The position numbers were made by a program, and so were the translations under genes. 64,000 nucleotides of DNA from Blasia pusilla. Lineage: Eukaryota. Of the stretch, positions 22,043-36,493 are shown in pieces. The stretch's first letter is position 1, and each line of letters starts with the position of its first letter. The stretch spans positions 30,876,001-30,940,000 of the forward strand of contig CM114271.1 in the NCBI GenBank assembly GCA_050084515.1, read 5' to 3'. Under the pieces are notes generated by a model. The model ran no database searches. It saw only the letters and a program-made list of their open reading frames with translations, and was not told the origin of the DNA.

Positions 22043-24879
22043 AAGATTTGTGATGAACACTACTAATCCGATTTTGATGTGGAGTAACACGGTGATTGGA
22101 GTAATCCGATTCCGATGTGGAGTAACACGGTGATAGGAAAAATGAGAACATTAACTAACGCTAACATGGAATCTATTCAACCATGGTCATCCGACCGTTC
22201 AAAACTTCATATCCAAAGGTCAAAACTTCTGCACGGTAGCTTTCGTTCTGTGCTCGGAACCGCGTATTGTAGGGGGCGTAAATATTTTCCACGTGTCAAG
22301 TAGACCTGTCTTTGCAAATCCAAGAGGCACTCTCCATATATAGATATCAACATAATGTGCACATTTGAAGACCTATCCTGTTAGGAGTTGTCTCTAAGCA
22401 TTTCATGTTCTTGTTTTTGGGCATCGCTTTTAACTTTTAGTGGATAGGGGGAATGTCCCCTTCTTCTTTTTAAAGGCCACATGTGGCCTTTGGATACTTG
22501 ACTCTTTGATCCCCTTTTTTGTTTTTCTGATGGGTTTTCATCGTGCATAATTAGCCATAATTAGCCCTTCTTGTGTATAATAGGAGTGCCTACTAATATG
22601 AGATATTATCAATAGCAACCTTTCTTGCTGTGGAATTGGCGAACCTAGTCAACACAGTGCTGAGGGAGGGAAAATCAAGTCCGGAAGGAAGGCTGCTAGA
22701 TATTTTATTTGCTTATAAACAGGAGGTTCCCTTTCACGAACTAAATAACAATGAGTATACTCCTGACGTGTTTATTGAATGTTCCTTATATTCAATAGTT
22801 CACCATAATATTAAGTGCTCCTTATATTATGGTGAAATATTGAACCATGCACAAGACTACAAATGAAAAAAAAAAAGTAATATTATACACTTTCCTCCTC
22901 CTTTCTCCTTACCCATCCCCTCTCGCACATGTTCTCTCCCCTTAACCCAACTCTCTTCTTTCTTGACTTAGAGGAGTCCTCAAAAGATAGGAGTCAACAA
23001 TAGGAAGAGAGATTTTGTGAATCCCTCCTCTCTTAATAATACAAATAAATGTGTAAAATTTGAAGAGGAAAAGAAGTCACCATTTAATTGTAAAGGAGAT
23101 GGGAAGTGGTCACATATAACTATTTGGTACTACCCTGAGAAATGAAGGAGTGGGGTATTTAATATGGAATTGGTGGAAAAGCGGAATATTTTGTAGGAAT
23201 AGAATCCAAAAATACTTGTGCCAAGCATGAGTATGAAAGTAGTCAAAATAATCTATGTCGATTCCGGTTAGCACTCAATAGGGCAAGTAATTTCTGAAGC
23301 AGATCTATAGGGAACTATCATATCTTAAACAACCTCATTGGAACTAATGATGCTTCATTAGCCTCCTTACCTCTATGAGCCTGTTTAGATGTAAGTGAAA
23401 CTAGGTATACGGGTTGTAAGTTCCAATAAACTAACAGTGGGTAGAAAATATGATGTTGACTATAGTTGGATTGAAAGGCATAGTTGAGGAACAAAAAAAC
23501 TAGCGGTTGCAGAGGTGTTACATACAACAAGCAAGTGGCTAAAGCATGAACACGGGATATGTCATTAAACCAAAATTACTTTTGTTGTGCCATCTTGGTG
23601 GAATCATTGTGGACAAGAGCTCTACTTTTAGTTTGAAGCTATGTTGCCAAGGGTTGGAAGGATCCTTGCATCCAAGTTCGCCAAGTTGGAGATGGAACAA
23701 GAAAAAAAATCTGGAATTCCCTCTCACATGGATGATTAGGCAAGTACTTTCCAACAAAGCATGTTGATACATTTATCATGCTTGCACATTCAAAGGAAGT
23801 AGGCACATTGGAATTTGGAAAAAATAGTAGAGCCTTGAGGGTACATGAGAGGAAGAAATGAACACATATGTGGCATGTGCAGATCACTTATAGAGTGGCT
23901 GTTTTTTCTTGTCTAATCAAAGTTTTGTGTTCAATTCCATGGCTATGAACCACCATCATGAAAACATAGCTTAAACTCGTGATGCCTTTAAGATGGGGGA
24001 AGCCTTCACATACATTGCTTATCCATCCACATATAATCTTTCCAACTTCTTTTCTCTTATATGTACATTCTGAAAACCTCACTAAAAGTCTCTTATGTTG
24101 TCTCTTACCTTCAACTTTCCTGTATTTCAGTATGTTCACACAAACACAAAATATCTACGTGTATGCTCTCATGACAGTTTCTTTTTCACTCATCGCACAC
24201 TTTGCATTTAACATATGGATCTCCTACAAATTGCTCAAATTACTTATGACAAATGCAAACGAGATTATCATACAAGAGAAATAGAAAAGACACTCTATCA
24301 AAATTTTTGGTTTAGGGTCACATTTCAAATTCCTTCTCAACTTCAAACCTTCTCCACCTCTATCCCTAACACCAATTGAATCTACCTACTTCAAACTTTC
24401 TAATCTTCATTCCATATGTACTTAAAGACCATATAATTTCATCGACTACATTCATATCCTCTATAATTTCACTTCTTATTCCCTATCAACTTTCCCAAAT
24501 TTCAGTTCTCAACTAAGTAATCTTCTTTTCATCGAACACATTTTACACTACACTATTATATGATACGTCACCAAATTTTTCATTCCTACTTCCATAAGTA
24601 TATAACGTTTACTTGCACTTCTCTAACAAATACACTGTCTACCATTCTTTTTTGCCACTACCCATTCTATTTCCAATTATTTTCTTCCCTACTTTTCCAC
24701 CTTCTATTTTCTTCCACCAATTCTACATGTTTTACTTTCATAACTTTTTACCAAACTATTGCAAATTTAACCACCGTCACTTACTCGCCGCATACTTGTT
24801 CAATATAAACATGTCCCTGTCCCTAAATTCAACAAGTTCTAATTTATTTCTATATGTGATTTGTAGTTTACTAATCAAT

Positions 24880-26259
24880 AGTGATGTAGCGCACTGAATT
24901 CATATGCAATGCTCATTGTATGGAAAGACGCACTGATGACTCATCATCGTGCATTTGAGGCAATGAGTTGCACTTTACAAGATATTATGGAAGTGGTCGT
25001 GAGTAATCTTAGGCAAATAGTATTTGATGGAAAATCGATAATATTTGGTGGTAATTTTTTTTGAGTCTTACTTTTTGTTTGCTATAAGGACAGTCTAAAA
25101 ACTATCCAAACCACTATAAAGAGACCGTCTTTATGGTCTTATATAAAGGTGATGAAATTCATGACAAACATGAGAGTTCAAAGGTTGGAAGGTCATACAC
25201 ATGTTCCCCATCAAGCTTTTGGTAATTGGTTATTAGAAATGGAAGAGGATCATGTACATTGCCATCCTCATTTGGGAGATGACATTATACAATTTCTGTG
25301 TGATATGATTACCAAGAGTAATAAGATAGGTGATCTTATTGATACTATCTATGGAATTGATCTTGGCCAATTTTATGGCATCAACTTTTTTAGAGATACC
25401 AAAATTTTGACACCAAGAAATAGAAATATTGACAAAATAATCAAAGAAGCCAGGTCCCCTTTTCATGGAGCTAATAATTAATCATCTTTCTTTTTTTTCT
25501 TTTACCAATTTCCTTTATGATTATGGAAAAATAGCAAGCCTCCTTGCAAATTTATAATATATTATGTAAATGAGCATGTTTACCTTAATGTCAATTGTGT
25601 TTCAAATGATAAGATGAATCATATTATCCAATCAAATTATTAAACACATGCTTGTAATCGACTTCTAGAGTACCTCCATATCGTTTGTGTTTGAATATTG
25701 GAGTAGTAATCATATCCCTCTTCCGAAACGTGAAGGGATCGAAGGACAACCAAACGATACTTAATTAACGATTTGTAGTTTCATCCAGAATGTGATAAAT
25801 GTCGAAATCATCACATGGAAAAATATTGGAGACAATTTTTTTATTTCACTTATCCCATTCATTATATGTGATGCCGATCTACGTGTTTGACTTTCATCTA
25901 CCTTTTGATTTATGAAGATTGCAATTCCCTATTTGTCTAGCTATAGTTATTAAATAATGTTTAAATAAAACTTCACAAAATGTTGAAATTTACTTACCTA
26001 CTCTTTATTTACTCATGTTCAATTATACGTAGCATTATCTAGACTAGGTGAGAAGAGTTCAATCCATACTACTATTGAAAACAATGTACAATCAAATGCA
26101 AATAGAGAAGGTCATTACACGCAAAATATAGTGTAAGAAAGTAATTAGATGAAATAAATATTCACATTCTATTCTTCTTCGGCATGCCCATCTATATGTT
26201 TCATTATCACAACACTAATTTCTTGCAAGCATCCATGCATGGGACAAGCACTTTACTAG
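24880..26259 (+). mobile_element. Canonical Helitron 3' remnant: decayed PIF1-type helicase and 3' terminus
   Basis: HHRAFEAMSCTLQDIM, IIFGGNF, SLWSYIKVMKFMTNMRV, FGNWLL, ILTPRN, RLQFPI, FTHVQLYVALSR. Small hairpin TCCATGCATGGGA followed by CTAG|T at 26256-26260. Confidence 0.82.
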
Positions 26260-26273
26260 TTTGAACTAAAATT

Positions 26274-29200
26274 TGTAACATCTTAGTTTGACGTAGGTAG
26301 AGTTCTATCGCGTCGACAATATAGAGAGTCAGCGGGCTATTTGGGTGTAACTTCATCTTGAGATGTCGGATGAGGTTGGCGACAGGTCTATTGCATCGGG
26401 AACGTTGTTTATGGCGATTTCCCTATTTTGGTTTTAGTCTGTAGGGTATAAGAGTGAGAAAGATGGCTTTCTCAAGCCATCTTTCTCATGTTGAGCCTTA
26501 GGAGCGACTCTCTTGCATATACGTGTGTGGGTGTGTAGGAGTTAGGGTGCTAGCAGCCGGATTCTCTCATAGCAGAGGGTGGATGTGGTTCGATATGCTA
26601 ATGTAGATTCATGAGTGGAGTTTGAGGCCGGGTGAGCCGTTTTTACTACTCTTGATTTTACATGAGAAAGATGTGAGGGGGTAGAGAATTCGTTGTTTGC
26701 AGGTAGGCAAGCGAGTTGCCTCCTTCGGGAGCCCCTAGAGACGTTGAGTGACGTTTGTTTTTCATTTTTTCTGTTCAAAAGGTCGTGCGCGTTAGCGCTG
26801 TATGCTTTCTCAGGTTTTTGTCGGCGCAAACTGATTGGGGACAATGGCAGAGTGTAGTACGGTGTGGGGCAGCGAGTGTGGCATCGACGGGTGAGCGGCA
26901 CATGGTGAGAACGTTGGTAGTCGGGAAGAGAAGAGCACCTTTAGGTCTTGCAGCCGCCGGGGGCTGTCAAGTAAAGGCGGCTAGTTAGGGGTCTAGGGTT
27001 AGGTCATAGCCATATTTATAATTCGGACGTATATATTGGCAGGTAGGTACGTATACGTGTTGTATTATGGGAGTGGCAGCTGAGTGCGTTGGGCTTTGCG
27101 TGAGGAAGGAGACGGGAGATGGGAATGCGTCCATAGGGACGCGTGCCGTAGGGAGTTAAGGCGGGCAGGAGGTGCAAGAGGGAGCCGCGCGGGCTCTAGT
27201 GACAAGGCCGAGCCGCGGAGTAACGAAAGAGAGTTGGGGCTCCAAGTTAGGGGGAGCCGCCATTAAGGCTCCAGGATGGAGGGAGGTAGGAGAGGCGCAT
27301 GGGGATGTGTGAGCTAGGTCGGAAGGAGGAAGGGCAGACTCCCGGTAGAGCAGAGTGCAGGGCCCGAAGGGAGGCAGCTGGGTCTCGGAGCAGAAGGCTC
27401 TAGAGGAGAGAGTAGAAGTCGGAACTGCGAGGTAGCTGGGAAGGAAGGGAAGGCATAGGGACTCATGGAGCCATGTCGAGGGCGTGCATGGCGCAAGTCG
27501 GATGGGGTCGCATAGGGCAATGGGCCCAAACTGTAATAATGACACGGTCCGGGAATCTCCAAGCTAGGGCACGGGGCTGCGGGAGTAGTAGTCGGAAGCT
27601 GAGAGTGTGAAGCTAGGGTTCAAGGACAAGAAGGTGCGGGGTACAGGGCCGTGGTTAGGAGGAAAGAGGCTGGGTCAAGGCCAGAGGGTCCGCCAGAGAG
27701 AAGGGCAGCGTGCCTGAAGGAGGGTTGGGTAAAGGAAGCTCTTCATAGGGCCGCGTACGCAGTTGAGGCCGGACGGAGTAAGACAAAACGAACGGGGTAG
27801 GATGGACCGAACGTGGTAGGGTCGACGGTGTGGCCAGGCTACCAGGTTGGAGTCAGCCAAGGGTGGGGCAGAGTACGTGGTCAGAGCCACGATATGGTTG
27901 TAGGAGATTTACATGGTTGGGCGGATGTGGTGGAGCTACTTACATAGTTAGGAGAGCTTCGTGGTTGAGTGGGCTTGTACTGAGTTTTTCAGAGTTGAGA
28001 TTTTCTGGACAATATTTTTGGAAGACTGCATTGACTGACAATGGGTGAGTTACATCGACACTTTATGACGGGGTGTTACTGATGGAGTGTGAGTATGCTG
28101 ATGCTGACGGGTAGTCCGCATCTGTTGACCGGAGAATCGACTTGCTATGCGAGGAGATGGTTATGTTGCAGAGGTTGCCATACCACATGGAGGAGTCAGT
28201 GTTGACGGTGCAATAGACTGATGGCGGGCGTGTTCAGGTTATCCATTCGAGTCCCTTTTCCCGTACTTATCTTGTGTGATTGAGAGTGTTGGGTATCGGT
28301 AGTTGCTGGTGTTAGATGGGAGTAGTGATGGTGACGAGTGTAGACTCCTTTCATGTGTAGCATGTTGGTGGATATATGGTGGTTTCCAAGTAGGGGTCAC
28401 ATGTATGACGCGAGAGTGTCAGTAGTTAGGTGATTTAGTTGGGAGGCTCATGGTGAGCCCGAGTGTTGAGCGTGCGTAAGGCCGGGTGTGTCATCACGGG
28501 ATTGGCATTAGCATAGGTGAGCTAGGAAGGAGTGTGGGAGACTCTTGGTAAGTCTAAGTGCTTGAGCGAGTGAGACAGGGTTGTCATCACGGCGTTCTTC
28601 CAGGGTTTGGAAGAACGGGGTAGTACGAGTAGTGGTAGTGGAGTGACACTGAGTGGTGTGAGATATCGAGGGGTTTCGAGTGAGGAACCACCCCAACTCC
28701 CATCCGTGGCTGGATCATCATCACTAGACAGCGGGTCTGGTGACAAGATCTTGGACGGGGACGGTGATACGTGGAGAGAGATGGACGACATGGGCCACCG
28801 GGGCATGCGTCGTTTCTTGGATGCAGTAGGCACCATAGATTTAGATGATTTTATCCAGGAGTTCGACACGTGGTGCGACTTCTAGGAGATATGGATCCCT
28901 ATGCGGTTCAACCCTTTTATGGCATGGAAGGGGTTGTTCCAGCACTTGGAGGGTCCGCCGATGGATGACTATATGGAGTTTTGATCTCTATACTCTGTAG
29001 AGATCGATGCCGGGAGGGTTTATTGGGCTCCAGGGTATGTGTCCACTAGTGGATCGCGAGGCGTATGATGGGATAGTGAGGGCGGAGAGACCTACACCAT
29101 CAGCTCGGGGACTAGATGGAGAGGATGGCAGTGAGAGTGGTGAGGTGGCAAAGACCTCTCCTGGTAGAGGACCACCAAGTTTCAGTCCTACAATGGAGTT

Positions 29201-31410
29201 CTTCTGATAGTTGGGGAGGAGCTACCAGGGTGTGCAGACCGACAAGCTGAAGAGTCTACAGGATTTTCAGCGGAGATCGGATGAGAGTATGAGGGAGGCG
29301 TTCACGCGCATGCGACGGTTGATCGTTGCCACATATGGGGTGAGTGAGGCGCAGTCAATACATTATTAATATGGGGCGCTCGATGAGGAGCTACGGAGGA
29401 GAGTTCAGGATGCAATGGTGCATCACACGCGGAAGCCCACATTAAAGGTGGTCTCCAAGTTGTCTGAGCAGGTAGAGCTCAACATGAGTGAGGAGCAGGT
29501 GGGGACCACAGGATTTTCGCGCGATACAACGGGTCGACGAGTTGGAGTAGATCTACAAGTGCCTCAGAGAGTAGGGCGGGTATTGTGAGCCAATGAGGCA
29601 ACGGCCCGTTCCGACATATGTTTCCCAGCATGGACCATGGTTGGCTTGTTGGACTTGTAGTGGATCACATAGGCAGAGGGACTGCCCACAGCATGGGAGA
29701 GGGCCGCGGTCACCTCCGATTGCTCACGAGCCACAGAGGATGGCCCAACCACAGTTGCAATTTGATCATTGTCATCGATATGGTCACACTAGGAATAGGT
29801 GTTATGATCTTCGCCGAGAGGTACGTCCAGAGGTAGGCAGAGGACTTGGGGGCGAGAGAGTTGGTGGATGATCGTGGTGGTAGAGTGCCATCACCACTCA
29901 GGGAAGATAGAGGATGTGCATCCAATGCAGCGCTCCGATCCTCACTCGCATCGATGAGTTGGAGCAGAGGATTGCTGCCATGACAATGATGCAGCCAGTG
30001 ATAGGCACAAAGCCAAGAGTAGCTAGTGTGGCTCTAGCCTCCACGTCGTATCAAGATACGGGGGAGGACTATACGGGATTAAGGTTTATGAGTAGTGTAG
30101 CTCAGGTTGAGGTTGCTGCGGTGGTGACTTGGGGTGCTGCGAGAGTAACCGAGCAATCGAGAGTGACCCACAGGAGGGGACCGATGGGGCGGCACGCATG
30201 GGTTCCCAAGTCGTTCACATTTTTGGAGGCGCTTCATACGCCATTGATGGTGCCTCGACGACCGGTAGTACCCACGGGTGGGACAAGTGCATCGACGTCA
30301 TGAAGAGTTGGAGAGTTGACTCCTATACCAGCTCGGGTGGAGCCAATGTCGAGCACGTTGTTGGAGGTGGCCACCAGGGTGAGCCAGACTCTATTGTTTT
30401 TCGCCATGGAGTTGGCGACATTGGGAGTTGGACCAGCGGAGGTGTCCCGGCTGGCCGCCACGTTATGTGAGCGTGGAGAGGTGATTGCCTCTCATTCAAA
30501 GGTAGTTGAGGAGGTGGTGGACTTGCCCTCACAGTAGGTGCTCGAGACGTTCCCCACTGAGTCATGACATGCTACAGCGGCGAAGTTGGTAGATATGCCA
30601 CCTAGGCCAGCGATAGAGCAAGCTATGATCACGCCAAGTGTGGTGTTGTTGGATAACCGAGCTGGAGTGTTTCGCTTGGTTAGTCCCACAGGTACGGTGT
30701 ACCATCCGCAGCGCGTCCTACTTGATTCGGGAGTGCAGCCCTTGATGTTAGGGAAGGCGGCGTGTTTGGCGTTGGGTTTACGGAAAGGCGACAACGAGCG
30801 TTGTCCCTTTCAGATAGAGACCTCTATTGGGGGCGTATCACCCATGCAGTACATGACTCGGCAGGAGTTAGTGATTAGACTCCAGTCAGAGCATGAGACG
30901 GATAGTGCGATGGTGCGTACTTAGGCGATTACGACACCGGCAATGTCGTATGATGTGTTGGTAGGGAGTACGATGTTGTACCTTCTAGGTTTCATTCTGG
31001 ATTTTTGGGAGGAGACGATTTCTTATCGGCCAGGGTGGCGATCAGGTGATGGACGAGTGAGCCATCTACTGGTGCAGTATACAGGGAGTAGTGGTGGTCG
31101 ATCATATGAGGATACGGTGACCACGTTTGGCAATATTCACATGTGGTGTTCGCTGATCAGGAGGGTTCGGGGAGAGGAGCACAAATGCGGAGGACATTCC
31201 CGTATCAGATAGTCCCACGGAGAGACATGCCAGGATGGGTGTCTCTTCCCATGGTGCGAAGCTTCGTTATTGTTGATGGGGACGAGCATTGAGATGCGTG
31301 GAGTGCAGAGGAGCTCGTGAGGCAGGCGTGGAGCCGTGTCTATGCTTAGGGCAGGGTACGAGAATGTTAGATCTCTTCGGAGGGATCAACACGACGGGTT
31401 GCTGCAATGT
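26274..31410 (+). mobile_element. Diverged relative of the DNMT-gypsy family, 3'-truncated: leader, gag, protease, start of DNMT
   Basis: Begins TGTAACATCTTAG (compare TGTCACGTCTTTTAG). Gag RRFLDAVGTIDLDDFIQEFDTWCD; knuckle CWTCSGSHRQRDC; protease VLLDSGVQPLMLGK; RMLDLFGGI at about 31361-31387. Confidence 0.82.
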
Positions 31411-31419
31411 GGCAATGTT

Positions 31420-31570
31420 GTGGGGCTAACGGCACCAATGGTCATGTCGAGGACACATGTGTGAGCTATCTGGAATTAGGAGGACCCAATTGCAAAATAT
31501 TTTCTTGTTGCCCAATTGTCATGTGTCAAACATGCAAAACAAAAGACACTCTCCCATAATAATATATAGA
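31420..31570 (-). mobile_element. Helitron-like 5' end, same family as 22344 and 63835
   Basis: A|TCTATATATTATTATGGGAGAGTGTC...ATGTTTGACAC...AAAATATTT on the minus strand. Confidence 0.45.
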
Positions 31571-32621
31571 TGGGAAAGTTGTGGTTTGCGAGGGCTCATT
31601 ACCAAAAATGAATGGTGATTTCACACATTCGGTATAATTATTTCAGTCCTTCCGCTTTTGCAAGCACTAACGTTTCTTCCTCAGCCTTACCAAGCAAAGC
31701 CATGTGTGGAGCAAGGTAGAAATGGAAATGGTGGTAGCATTCCAAGAAGTGCAGCCCACCCATGAGGCGAAGTGAAGCCTACTAGCACCGCTCAACAAGT
31801 ACCATCCACACAAGCCAGATATGCGACGAATCAATCACCCACGAGAGGAAATCATGATCTTGATGGTGGGCAGATTGTTATACTACATCGGAAAGGCAAG
31901 AATCATAGGCCATGGAATCTGCTTGGATCCAAAGTAATGTTCTCATATTAACTTGGAAAATAAGATCAACGTTGTAAAATAGAGGTCGCCAACTTCCAAC
32001 ATGCAAGAGACCCATCCAGTGCGAAGGGGAGGGTTCCCAGTCTATCGACTTTACCACTCGAAATCACCCCGAGGAAGCGAAACTCCCACTATAGTTGAGG
32101 TTTACTGTACTCAAATCTCCACTGCTGAAGTGTTTGAACTGTGACCATCCACGAACGCTGCAGCTTGAGTCTTCACGGTAATGGTCTCGAATGTCCACTG
32201 CCCGTTGCTATGGATCTCCAAATGCAAATGCATCAGCTCGAGTCCGATCGTTTACTGACAGCTCCCTTGAATAGCTATCAAGTAGAGGCAGAGAAAAAGA
32301 CTGAAATTTCACCTTCGAAGATTGACAAAATTGATCACATGCTACCTGAATCATGACTCGAATCCCATTCACTTACATCTCACAGGGGAGGACAATGACT
32401 TACTCCCTCTTCAAAGATACGTGCAATGCCACTAGTGCCTCAGGTTCTGTAAGAGATGTGGACCTTCGCTCCACAATTGCAAATCATAAGAAGCTATAAG
32501 AACTCGCAAGGTTTACTTTAGGCAAGGCTGGATGGTTGCACTTCCTCATCTCAATTCAGATCATGTACATTCAGAGCAGAAATGTGAATACTAAGTGATG
32601 AATGACACAGCGCAGAAAACA

Positions 32622-35307
32622 TCATGTATCGTTTCCCACAGATCCGTCCAAATCCACATCCACTGCACTAACACAAGGGAACCAGTATCGCCGTTTCCTA
32701 TCTGGATGTCCATCATCCACCATCGCCAAGCCCTCCTACGAGACAACCCCCGATACTTTTGGTAAGAAGTCCGCAGCTTGATTGCTGAAGATACAAAATC
32801 TGCTATGAACCGAGTCATGAAGCTTTATGAAGAAGAACAAGCTACACAAGATATGATACATGATGTCACCAATAATACCTTCATCAATATATCCAGGGCA
32901 TCAATAACCCTCCCTGTCTGCCATGAGAATTTTTTCACAATCTCCTCCGTAGTCACATAGCCTCGACTCTGAATAAAACACGGGATTTGGTTACGAACAA
33001 ATCTTTCAACTACCAGAGCAACGGAATCCAAGGCTGCTTGCACGCTAACAAACTGTGGTTTCGATTAGCGAAATGTCATTTCCTTGCGTATGTCTAACTA
33101 GAGAACCCGTAGACCTATTTCTTGAACTACAGATCAATGGAGATGAACAATTTGGAGCCAAGATTTTAAAGGAGTTATAAGCATGTACAAAATGTAGCCA
33201 GAAATCTGTGTTCTGGATGCCAATAGCTACATGAGAAAGACAAATAAAGTCTCTTCGGTACTAATTTAGACGGCAACAAAGAAGGAGCACACGCATAGAC
33301 ATCAGGAAAAACAAATATTGCACAAACCTGAGCTTCTTCAAGAATTTGATTGTGATCCTTGTTAAGCTCTGTAGGAACTGAGCGTACAAGCTTTCTGCTC
33401 CCTACAGCGAAGACTTCAAAGCCACCACCCAATGCCTGTGGATCATGTCCCAAAGCTAGTCAAACGACCACAGCATTTCAAAAAGCAATACACCGAAGTC
33501 AGTGCTCTCAAACAAAAGAGAGCAAGCTAACATCGTTAGACCATACTTGATCTCTATTACCAACAAGCTTTCAATTGCAAAGGTATTGAAAGGTATTGAC
33601 CTTTAGCTTGCTGATTGCCCGCAAACAGTCATCACTCGTGATGGGTTCTCGAGAAGCCCTCCGTCTCTTTGCAAGTAATGTACGAAGTTCTTCAAGATCA
33701 ATTAAGCCTCCATTGTGTGGCCGGGTAGCGAGGCAGATATCCACAATTTGAACACCTGCTCGTTCAGACCAGACTCAGTTCAGGAGACCTGGAGTTCAAA
33801 GAAGAAATATCACATAATGTGCTATTTTTTATCATATGTCTAACTAGTGAGATCAACTCCACTTCACGTCTGAAATCTTGAAACCTCTTACGCGTGACAT
33901 GAATATAGAAACAACCATTGAGCAAAAACTTAGAAGAAATTATTTAACCACTAGGATACAAGAAGATTAAGCATGCTGTACCAAACTGGCCTCCTGATAC
34001 AACATATCCATCAGTGCTCTAAATGATCAAGAAAACGAAAATGCTTTTTGTGTTTACTGAAACAAGCGGAAGTGGAGGACCAGGAAAATAAAGATGGTTC
34101 AGGACAGAAAGGACGAGCGTACTACCTAGCTCATAGTAGAAATCACCAATGCCAAGCAGCTCAGCCCAGAATCCCTTGTTGGAAGCAAGAGGATCAACCC
34201 CAATTTTCGAGCACATGGTGTGAAATTGGGCCCTGAAAGCTGGACTCTTTTTTATGTCATTCTGAAACATCACGAGGAGAAACAGAGGTTCAAGTTTCAA
34301 CATGTACACTTGGAGTTTGAAGCTGCCATATGGCACGTGTGATCATGATGCATAGAAACTCTGACCCGGACGACGAACTATATGTAGCTCGGAGTGAATC
34401 TAGTACTTCGTTTGACTGGAAGAGGATGGAACGGTAACCCTAATGCCCAAGAACGAAACTACGCCACCAACTCTGCAGCGTACAACTAGAGAGAATGGAA
34501 CGACAAAGACGCAACAAAACTTTGCCACAATTCCAAGCTTGTCTCTATTTTGAGTTGGTTACTGTCTCGGAACGCTCTACTCGTGGCAAATATATGTGAT
34601 ATCCATGAGTGAGTGACAGAGTATCCTCCACAGATCAGACCCGCTTTCTCCTTTTCCCTTCTGTGATTCATTCCCCAGTAATCCTCACACGAAGATGATA
34701 GGTGGAAGAATGGAACATATTAAAAAATTCTCCTGAAAGAAAGATGAGGCACAGGTTTTTCTTCAACCCTATGACGCTCTCCTTTCATCTAAGAAACTAG
34801 AGCAGTTGTAGAGGATTGATGATGCGGGTGGAGATCTCAATCCCACTGCCCAAGGGATTCATCAGAGTTGCAGTGGATCTCAACTTCTTCCTCTGACAAC
34901 ATCACAATTCAAGCCGTATGAATCTTATCCTCCATGCTGCTTGAAGCTCATGGGATAGGTGCTTTTGAGAACGAAATTGGAATGACAAAACTTGTGGCAC
35001 CAAAGCATGCAAGATCAACGGACACGAGTGACAGTGAAAGGTGACAGTGCCATCCCAAGAAACTAATTGTTCCGGATGTTCAGTTCTAGCAACTACGCAC
35101 TGGTAGTAAAGGAATTTTACCGACAGGAAAAGAGAGAAAAATCACCTTATGCTTTCTCGCGAATTCCTCCAGTTGAGTTCTGAAAACAGAGAGCTGCTCC
35201 TTCATGAGATCTGTTCGAGCTTTGGCAACATCTTCGCCCAGTGACCGGTACTGATTTCTAGAAGCTGCAGCTGTCTGCAATCCAGCTATACCTGGACGCC
35301 TTCTCAT
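32622..35307 (-). CDS. VPS22: ESCRT-II subunit VPS22/SNF8/EAP30, 254 aa. Exons: 35307-35146, 34261-34126, 33755-33601, 33435-33328, 32968-32879, 32735-32622
   Basis: Six GT-AG exons total 765 nt in frame: [11 protein letters not shown]...[70 protein letters not shown]...[13 protein letters not shown]...EGLAMVDDG...RYWFPC. Confidence 0.97.
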
Positions 35308-36493
35308 CTCATCAACTCAAATCCACTCCGACGTGTAGAAACTTGGGGTTATAATTACAACGTTCTCGAAATTTCAGTTGCTCTGATTCAACCCTGCCAA
35401 ATCTCCGGTTGCTTGCGGGTGATTCCAAGCAAGTAAACTCCGAATCCCTAATTATAACTGGAATTGATCCACAGCTCAACTTAGAGGCTGACCAGTGGCA
35501 ACCTTTTATTGTCTATGTTCCTCCGGCTCGTGAGTACCTCAAACTTGGCCGCGCGCACAACAAATCACATTCGCTCTCTGAAATTCTCTATATTCCACGA
35601 CCACATTGGCTTGCTGCTAGCTGATCACAGAACAGATCTGTGCTTCTGCGCATACCGAGACTCCCTGCCTCTCCAACATACAATGAAAGCGCTGGAACTT
35701 TCAGCACTCGGCTTCTTTATTTTCAACCTAGAAACACCGGAAAGCACAAAAATTCAGACAACCAAGATCCTCTCCGATGGCCAGATTTCATGGTAGGTGT
35801 TCTACTAGACACACAATTACACCAGAATTTTGCAGGAACTGCCAGTGCACACTGCTGCATGCGACTCATCCGACCTGCATAACAGTGGCAGTCCACAGAT
35901 CTCTACGACATTCTCATACAAGGATCGAGTACGACCAGTTCCTCGCCCCGGATATCCGCCTAACCCGAAGCCAACACGCGACGCTGCCTGTCGCAATCAC
36001 AGTGCGAGTCGCACGAGCAAAGCGGAGCAGCAGCAAACGCAAAGATTGGAACCCGACCCCATCGGTCAAAGCTCCATGACAGTTCTTCGCTCCTGATTGC
36101 GGAAGCAAACGATTTCGTGGGGTCCACCACGACAATCCATGAATCGAGCGTGAATCCGAAAGGGTCCGAAAGTAGACGGACGTAGTCACTCCCCGCGCTT
36201 TCAAGTTCCGCTTCCAATCCTCGAGATTCGAGAACGTCGTGCAGAGAACCGAACTCCCACGGGTGCGAGTAAAAGCGATACTAACCTAGGGGACTTGTAT
36301 GAGGATTAGGGTTTAGCTTTATGTCCAAGGGCCTGTTTTATTTCCAGGGGTCATGGACTCATGGTTGCTTGACCTGTTTGTTTTATCCTTCATCCGGTAG
36401 GCGGATTGATTGGAAAAGGATCAGGGCCAGGACGGTGTTTGGTCAGCTGGAGAATTCTGCGGACTGCTTTGGGAAGTAAGGATTTGGGCACAG

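Larger units (their letters stand above)
4882..22344 (-). mobile_element. Short non-autonomous Helitron-like element interrupted by the gypsy block (own sequence about 4882-5007 and 22043-22344)
   Basis: Minus-strand 5' end A|TCTATATATGGAGAGTGCC at 22344. Minus-strand 3' end ...TCCCTTCACTCGGAATAAGAACGACTAG at 4882. Both ends resemble the intact short copy at 63835-63978. The base after CTAG is A rather than the canonical T. Confidence 0.5.

Noticed and set aside
5003-22047. One intact LTR element with a target-site duplication spanning 5008-22042
   Set aside because: The flanks TTTTA and AAGAT do not match and the interior is rearranged, so the two ends may come from different copies.
22063-22137. 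Two tandem ~35-bp repeats (TAATCCGATT..GATGTGGAGTAACACGGTGAT)
   Set aside because: Simple local duplication within the Helitron-like flank; two copies and no spacer.
23020-24300. Possible decayed LINE fragment
   Set aside because: Only vague resemblance; no RT or endonuclease motif I can support.
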